Assembly: GCA_016788785.1 (NCBI GenBank)
Contig: JAEUSM010000017.1
Span: 77,676 to 141,675 of the forward strand
Length of the DNA stretch: 64,000 nucleotides
Source: Candidatus Kapaibacterium sp.
Lineage (GTDB): Bacteria > Bacteroidota > Ignavibacteria > Kapaibacteriales > JAEUSM01
Direction: 5' to 3'
Shown here: in pieces, positions 57,221 to 64,000 of the stretch
Layout of the letters: each line of letters opens with the position of its first letter
How positions within the stretch are numbered: the stretch's first letter is position 1
Made by a program: the position numbers and the translations under genes
Notes under the pieces: generated by a model
Seen by the model: the letters and a program-made list of their open reading frames with translations, nothing else
Database searches by the model: none
Told to the model about the DNA's origin: nothing

Positions 57221-57775
57221 TTATCGAGCAATAACAACTGATTCACGTTTTACTTCGGTTCTACCGTTAGCATACGTTAAAGCAATTTCAGTAATGTATT
57301 TTCCAGAGCTAACTTGAACTCCAGATACATTTTTACCATCCCATGGTAAATTGACAATTCCAGATTGTTGTTTAGCTTCTACTAAAGTAGTCACTACTTG
57401 ACCATTCATATCAACGATACGAACAGTTGCAAGAGCTGGCACTTCTACATTATAAGAAATGGTAGTAGAAGTTGTAAAAGGGTTTGGCGATAAAGCAATT
57501 CCCGAAGTTTGAGACATTTCATTTACTGATGTAACTGAAGATGCCATTGGAAGCCAAAAACCAGAATATAGTTTATTTTTACCATTAACAGTCACTCCAG
57601 CAGCACCTTGGCCAACTGTTCCTGTCATCAAAGTAGAACCTATTTTCTGTTTCATGCCACCACCTGCTACTACACCACGAGATTTGTTCGTTTGTGCAGT
57701 CGCTTGGCTGAAACTAACAACAATCAACAAACATGTTGCTATTGTTAAGCTTGCTACGTTAAAAAAGCGATTCAT
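57221..57775 (-). CDS. Small secreted protein with T9SS-CTD/FlgD-Ig domain
   Basis: ACAGGAG SD; signal peptide; VVAGGG...GTVGQ...SGFW module; SPNPFTTSTTISY...WDGKN..G..VSSGKY. Confidence 0.8.
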   Translation of the reverse strand: MNRFFNVASLTIATCLLIVVSFSQATAQTNKSRGVVAGGGMKQKIGSTLMTGTVGQGAAGVTVNGKNKLYSGFWLPMASSVTSVNEMSQTSGIALSPNPFTTSTTISYNVEVPALATVRIVDMNGQVVTTLVEAKQQSGIVNLPWDGKNVSGVQVSSGKYITEIALTYANGRTEVKRESVVIAR

Positions 57776-57855
57776 GGATTTTCTCCTGTTTCTTATATAA
57801 AATATTGATTTTCTTGAAAGTCAAGCACAGAATAAAATCTGTACAAGTTGATTCT

Positions 57856-57970
57856 AACAATAATTATGCCACATCCCATAACGATATATGTTTATAAACA
57901 TTCTTGTTTCCAATGTTCTGTTTTTAAAAACGTATACGTATACAAATGTAGATAAACAACAATAGTGCCA
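57856..57970 (-). promoter_or_regulatory. Two sigma54-like -24/-12 motifs
   Basis: TGGCACTATTGTTGTT (57955-57970) and TGGCATAATTATTGTT (57856-57871), both facing the 57775 gene. Confidence 0.45.
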
Positions 57971-58062
57971 AGAATAAAATCTAAGAAAACTATTTATTGC
58001 CGACTACAAAAATACACAATTTTCTTTAGATTTAAAAAAAAATCTCATTTTTCTCTAATTTT

Positions 58063-59067
58063 ATGATGAATGCTGTTTGTTTTCAGTCAATTGATAATCC
58101 CACACCAACAATCATTTCCGTACCAATTCCAAGCCCAAAGCCAAAGGAAGTTGTTGTAAAAATTACAGCAGCTTCCATAAATCATCGCGATGAATGGATA
58201 CGAAAAGGTCAATATGCTCGAATGCAATGGCCTGTATTTCCTGGCTCTGATGGTGCTGGTATTGTGACTTCAGTTGGTGAAGAAGTAGATCCTGCAGTTG
58301 TTGGAAATTCTGTCATTATTGATCCTACACTGGTTTGGGGTGATAATCCTTTAGCTCAATCTGAAAATTTTTCCGTATTAGGAATGCCTACTCATGGTAC
58401 ATTTGCTGAATATGTTGCTGTTCCATCAACACATATTCACGAGCTACCTTCTCATTTGACTTTTGAGCAAGCGGCTTGTTTACCGATTGCAGGAGCAACC
58501 GTTTATCGATCTTTATTTACTCAAGCAACTGCAACAAAACAATCTACTGTTTTTATAACTGGTATCGGTGGTGGGGTTGCATTAACAGCTTTACAATTTC
58601 TTGTTGCTTTGGGTGCAACGGTTTTTGTTAGTTCAAGTTCACAAGAAAAATTACAAAAGGCTATTGAATTAGGAGCTTCAGGAGGTGTTTTATATACTGA
58701 AAAAGATTGGCATAAAAAGGTACTTTCTATGTCCGGAGGTATTGATGTAGTTATTGATGGTGCTGGTGGGGATGCGTTTAATTCCCTTATTACAATTACG
58801 AAACCAGGTGGAACTATCGTAAGTTATGGTGCAACGAATGGCGAAGTTTCGAATTTTTCTCTTCCAAAGTTATTTTGGAAACAGATTCGATTACAAGGTA
58901 CAACAATGAGTACAAATGAAGAATTTGCAAATATGGTTTCATTTGTTCGTGAACATAGAATTGTTCCTGTTATTCATTCAGTTTTTCCTTTTAATAACGT
59001 TGAAGAAGCATTTGCGGAATTTCAATCGGGTGCCCATTTTGGTAAAGTAGTTTTATCGATTTCATAA
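58063..59067 (+). CDS. MDR-family (quinone oxidoreductase/alcohol dehydrogenase-like) oxidoreductase
   Basis: ASINHRD, GSDGAG, GTFAEY, TGIGGGVA, YGAT, HFGKVVL. Confidence 0.9.
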   Translation: MMNAVCFQSIDNPTPTIISVPIPSPKPKEVVVKITAASINHRDEWIRKGQYARMQWPVFPGSDGAGIVTSVGEEVDPAVVGNSVIIDPTLVWGDNPLAQSENFSVLGMPTHGTFAEYVAVPSTHIHELPSHLTFEQAACLPIAGATVYRSLFTQATATKQSTVFITGIGGGVALTALQFLVALGATVFVSSSSQEKLQKAIELGASGGVLYTEKDWHKKVLSMSGGIDVVIDGAGGDAFNSLITITKPGGTIVSYGATNGEVSNFSLPKLFWKQIRLQGTTMSTNEEFANMVSFVREHRIVPVIHSVFPFNNVEEAFAEFQSGAHFGKVVLSIS

Positions 59068-59068
59068 T

Positions 59069-60415
59069 ATGCAAATTTCTTCCATCATTGGACATGCGGC
59101 ACAATGTAGTTCCATTATTCTTAAATCTACAAAACCAGCAGATACTGTTGTGTCTGAATATACAAGAGAGAGAAAATATCTTGGTAGTACCGACAGAAGG
59201 ATTCTTTCCGAATTGGTATTTATGTATTTTCGCAATCGGACAATTGTTGAAGTATTGGTTCAAAGCACTTTTACATTACACAATAGTACAGCTTTAAATA
59301 CTAATGCAGATAAGCTGTTTTTACTTGTAACATATATTCTGTTTTTTCAAAAAAATGAAGATACTCTTAGAGTTACAATGGATACGTTACTACGATTTTT
59401 TGACTTATCTGAAGAAATTGCTATAGAAATCCATTCTACAATTCTATCAAAGCATTCCCAATTATCGGATATTACAACAATTGATACTGTTTCAACTTTC
59501 TATTCATTACCAAAGTGGATATTAGAGTGTTTTCAATCAAATATGTTGCTTAATAGATCATTGACAGATTGTAAAGATTTAGCAAAATCAACTACAATAC
59601 CTGCTCCATTATGTATTCGAGTTAATACGAGAATTACCACTTCAAACGATGTCCTTCAACGACTTCATCATGCCGGAATCGAAGCGAGATTCAGTGAATT
59701 CGTTCCAAATTGTATTGTTATCAACCAACGCGTTTCACTTTTAGAAACAACACTATACAAAAGTGGAGCAATTGAAGTTCAAGATGAAAGCTCCCAATTG
59801 GCCGCATTTGCTCTTGCTCCTGAAGAAGATTGGGATATATTGGATGCGTGTGCTGGTGCAGGTGGAAAAACGCTTCATATGGCTACGTTACAAAATGATA
59901 GTGGAAGAATTGTATCTTCGGATATTGAGTGGAACAGATTAAAACAAATTCAAAAACGCAACGAACGACATAGATTTACTTCCATTTCAACCCATTTATG
60001 GGGAAACAAGAAGCAAAAGCTCTCTATTTCACAATTTGACGGGATTCTCATCGATGCTCCATGTAGTGGTTTAGGTACTATACGAAGAATGCCCTTACAA
60101 AAATGGAAACTTTCTAAAGATAGTATCACTAAATTAGCAAAAAATCAATTAGAAATTTTAGAAACATATTCGTCATTTGTTAAGCCAAATGGAATAGTAG
60201 TTTATGCTACTTGTTCATTTTTACCACAGGAAAATGAGGAAGTAGTATTCAGGTTCTTAGAAAAACATCCAGAATTTTCTCCTGATTCCTTGATTCCGGG
60301 GTTTTCAAAATTTGCAGTAACCATGAAGCCAGATTCGGATTTTTGTACGACGATGTTACCATCTGTTCATGGTTCTGATGGTTTTTTCGTAGCAAGGTTA
60401 AGAAAAAATGGATAA
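59069..60415 (+). CDS. RsmB/NOP2 family RNA m5C methyltransferase
   Basis: VQDESSQ, DACAGAGGKT, DAPCSGLG, YATCS, DGFF. Confidence 0.92.
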   Translation: MQISSIIGHAAQCSSIILKSTKPADTVVSEYTRERKYLGSTDRRILSELVFMYFRNRTIVEVLVQSTFTLHNSTALNTNADKLFLLVTYILFFQKNEDTLRVTMDTLLRFFDLSEEIAIEIHSTILSKHSQLSDITTIDTVSTFYSLPKWILECFQSNMLLNRSLTDCKDLAKSTTIPAPLCIRVNTRITTSNDVLQRLHHAGIEARFSEFVPNCIVINQRVSLLETTLYKSGAIEVQDESSQLAAFALAPEEDWDILDACAGAGGKTLHMATLQNDSGRIVSSDIEWNRLKQIQKRNERHRFTSISTHLWGNKKQKLSISQFDGILIDAPCSGLGTIRRMPLQKWKLSKDSITKLAKNQLEILETYSSFVKPNGIVVYATCSFLPQENEEVVFRFLEKHPEFSPDSLIPGFSKFAVTMKPDSDFCTTMLPSVHGSDGFFVARLRKNG

Positions 60416-61022
60416 AAAATCTGTGTTTTTAGATTTTGGTGCAGTTCTTTATGAAATTGATTATAAAAGGACTCGAGATTTTTTTAAACTTCTAACTGTT
60501 GATTTGAACGAACTTGATTTTTCTGTTGATAGTCAACTTGATTTGTTCACAGAGTTTGAACTTGGGCTACGTACAAAAGAGGAATTTTTGAAGAAGGTTA
60601 AAGTCTTGTACTGTCGTGAAGAAGTTTCAATTCAACAAATTATTGATGCATGGAATGCTATTTTAATCAAACCATTTCCAGATTCTGAACAAACTGTGAA
60701 GCAATTGAATGAACGTGGTTATAAATTGTATTTGCTCAGCAATACGAATGAAATACATTTTGAAAAATTCCAACCTGAAGTTGAACATATTTTTTCTTAT
60801 TTTGATAGATTGTTTCTTTCTCACCAATTACATCTAAGAAAACCAACAAAAGAATATTTTCAGTATGTTTTGCAACATACTTCCCTCCAACCAAATGAAG
60901 TCATATTTATCGACGATTCTTCTCAACATTTAGCCACCGCTAAATCTATGGGAATTACGTCCTATAAAAAAGAACCAAGTGTAACACTGTCAGAATTATT
61001 GCACAGTGTGAACATTCTTTAA
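60408..61022 (+). CDS. HAD family phosphatase (YihX-like)
   Basis: FLDFGAVL, LLSNTN, RKP, FIDD. Confidence 0.88.
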   Translation: MDKKSVFLDFGAVLYEIDYKRTRDFFKLLTVDLNELDFSVDSQLDLFTEFELGLRTKEEFLKKVKVLYCREEVSIQQIIDAWNAILIKPFPDSEQTVKQLNERGYKLYLLSNTNEIHFEKFQPEVEHIFSYFDRLFLSHQLHLRKPTKEYFQYVLQHTSLQPNEVIFIDDSSQHLATAKSMGITSYKKEPSVTLSELLHSVNIL

Positions 61023-61050
61023 CAGTAAACACTTCCTTTGACTTGAGAAA

Positions 61051-61887
61051 ATGGACACCTTTTACATCTTACTTACAGGCTCATTAACAGCAATTGTTTG
61101 CTCAATTGTTGGAAGTTATTTAGTTGTGAGAGGATTTGCAATGGTAACAGATGCTCTTTCCCATTCAATTGTTCCTGGAATTGCACTTGCATTTCTATTC
61201 ACTGGTTCTCGAGATATTGTTCCGATGTTTTTAGGTGCAACTTTTTTTGGTCTTTTAAGTACCTATCTTATAGAAACATTACAAAAGAAAGTTCGTGTCC
61301 AAGCAGATGCTTCCATTGGAGTTACGTTTACTTGGTTTTTTTCTATAGGTATTTTACTAATTTCCTATTTCTCAGGAAATATCGATTTGGACTTGGATTG
61401 TGTTTTATATGGAGAAATTGCATTTGTTCCAATAGATGTTTTGCTTATAAACGGAGTATCGTATGGACCACGTGCATTATGGATTGTTGGATCTACGTTC
61501 CTTGTTGTTGCTATGACATTGTTTACTTCTCGGAAAGAAATGCGTTTAGCACTTTTTGATCCGTCATTTGCTATTTCCGTTGGAATTTTACCCGTTGTAT
61601 GGCATTATGTCTTAATGACCTTGGTAACGCTTACTACAGTTGCAAGTTTTGAAATCGTTGGTTCTATTATTGTCGTTTCATTATTCATTGTACTTCCTGC
61701 GTCTGCCTATTTATTAGCAAAATCTTTGTCCTCAATGATTTTACTCTCCTCACTTTTTGGGATTGTCGCCACATTTATGGGATATTACATTGCGATGTAT
61801 TTCAACGGCTCTATTTCAGGAGCAATATCTATTGCAACGGGAGCTATTTTTACAGTATGTTTTTTGCTTCATATAGTGAAAAAATAA
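61051..61887 (+). CDS. Mn/Zn ABC transporter permease (ABC-3 family)
   Basis: DALSHSIVPGI, DASIG, DLDLDCVLYGEI, FDP, ASFEIVG. Confidence 0.9.
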   Translation: MDTFYILLTGSLTAIVCSIVGSYLVVRGFAMVTDALSHSIVPGIALAFLFTGSRDIVPMFLGATFFGLLSTYLIETLQKKVRVQADASIGVTFTWFFSIGILLISYFSGNIDLDLDCVLYGEIAFVPIDVLLINGVSYGPRALWIVGSTFLVVAMTLFTSRKEMRLALFDPSFAISVGILPVVWHYVLMTLVTLTTVASFEIVGSIIVVSLFIVLPASAYLLAKSLSSMILLSSLFGIVATFMGYYIAMYFNGSISGAISIATGAIFTVCFLLHIVKK

Positions 61888-61921
61888 AAAAGAGCCACTC
61901 TCTCTAAGAAAGTGGCTCTTT
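61886..61921. terminator. Terminator between convergent permease and atpC
   Basis: AAAGAGCCACT...AGTGGCTCTTT hairpin. Confidence 0.8.
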
Positions 61922-61946
61922 ATAGTTACATTGCAAAATATAGAAT

Positions 61947-62357
61947 TTACTTTTTCAGCAGTCGTGCTTTTGCTTGTGCAGTTTCAATAGCTCGTTTAGC
62001 ATCATTGCGTTCTTGCATTGTTGTAGCAGCTGCCAATACAGTTTGAGCTTGTTGTACTTCACTATCAATCATTTCTTGTGTTAAGTCAGTTGATTTTAAA
62101 GCAGATTCAACAACGATAGAAACAACATTATCCAACACTTCAATAAATCCAGAACCTGTTGCGTACCAAATTTCTTTGGAATCATCAAGTGAGATTTTAA
62201 TTGCTCCTCCAATTAACGATGAGGTAATCGGAGCGTGATTATACAACACTTCAAATGGTCTATCACTTCCCGGCACTGAAATAGCATTTGCGTATTCCGA
62301 GAAAATAATACTTTGAGGAGTTACAATTTCGATTTTTAACAGTTTATCGTTCGCCAT
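61947..62357 (-). CDS. atpC: ATP synthase F1 epsilon subunit
   Basis: IEIVTP, NHAP, GFIEV, C-terminal helical hairpin; directly downstream of atpD. Confidence 0.93.
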   Translation of the reverse strand: MANDKLLKIEIVTPQSIIFSEYANAISVPGSDRPFEVLYNHAPITSSLIGGAIKISLDDSKEIWYATGSGFIEVLDNVVSIVVESALKSTDLTQEMIDSEVQQAQTVLAAATTMQERNDAKRAIETAQAKARLLKK

Positions 62358-62359
62358 GA

Positions 62360-63784
<1,425 letters not shown>

Positions 63785-64000
63785 TTAACAGTATAGATTT
63801 TTTTTAAGAAAAACAAAAATACTGAAATCTTTGCACAAAAGCCAATTTTTTCCGTAATTTCCTACTATTATAGTAAACTTTTTTGGTTTTCTTTGAAATA
63901 CCATACATCTTTCCCTGTAAAAATACGTCTTCAATGATATTAAAATATACCCTGATTTGACCAATGAATTCATTGCGAATTATACTATTGTTGTTTCTTG

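Overview
AT-rich bacterial chromosome segment with no rRNA, tRNA, CRISPR array or IS element recognisable by eye. Several features point to the Bacteroidota/Chlorobiota/Ignavibacteriota group: T9SS-type C-terminal domains, TAnnTTTG promoter elements, a split atp operon and DUF3127. A Ca. Kapabacteria-like organism is my inference, not a verified placement. Most of the window is housekeeping: pstSCAB, coaE-uvrC, atpZIBEFH-orf-A-rfaD-G plus a separate atpDC, pheS, pyrF, truA, purF, radC, clpS, an RsmB-family methyltransferase, peptidases and acyl-CoA enzymes. Five elements stand out. (1) An AT-rich four-gene secreted-protein operon (46.7-50.3 kb) in which two diverged paralogous Cys-rich proteins flank two T9SS-CTD proteins. 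(2) A small CTD/FlgD-Ig protein plus a repetitive fibre-like protein, preceded by two sigma54-like motifs (55.9-58.0 kb). (3) A TonB receptor/lipoprotein/phosphatase locus with an upstream Pho-box-like repeat (37.2-44.1 kb). (4) A 73-aa membrane ORF and rfaD embedded in the ATP synthase operon. (5) A MarR-pirin-YceI-pirin operon with two operator-like palindromes and a perfect 20-bp inverted repeat. All family assignments come from motif recognition, without database searches.
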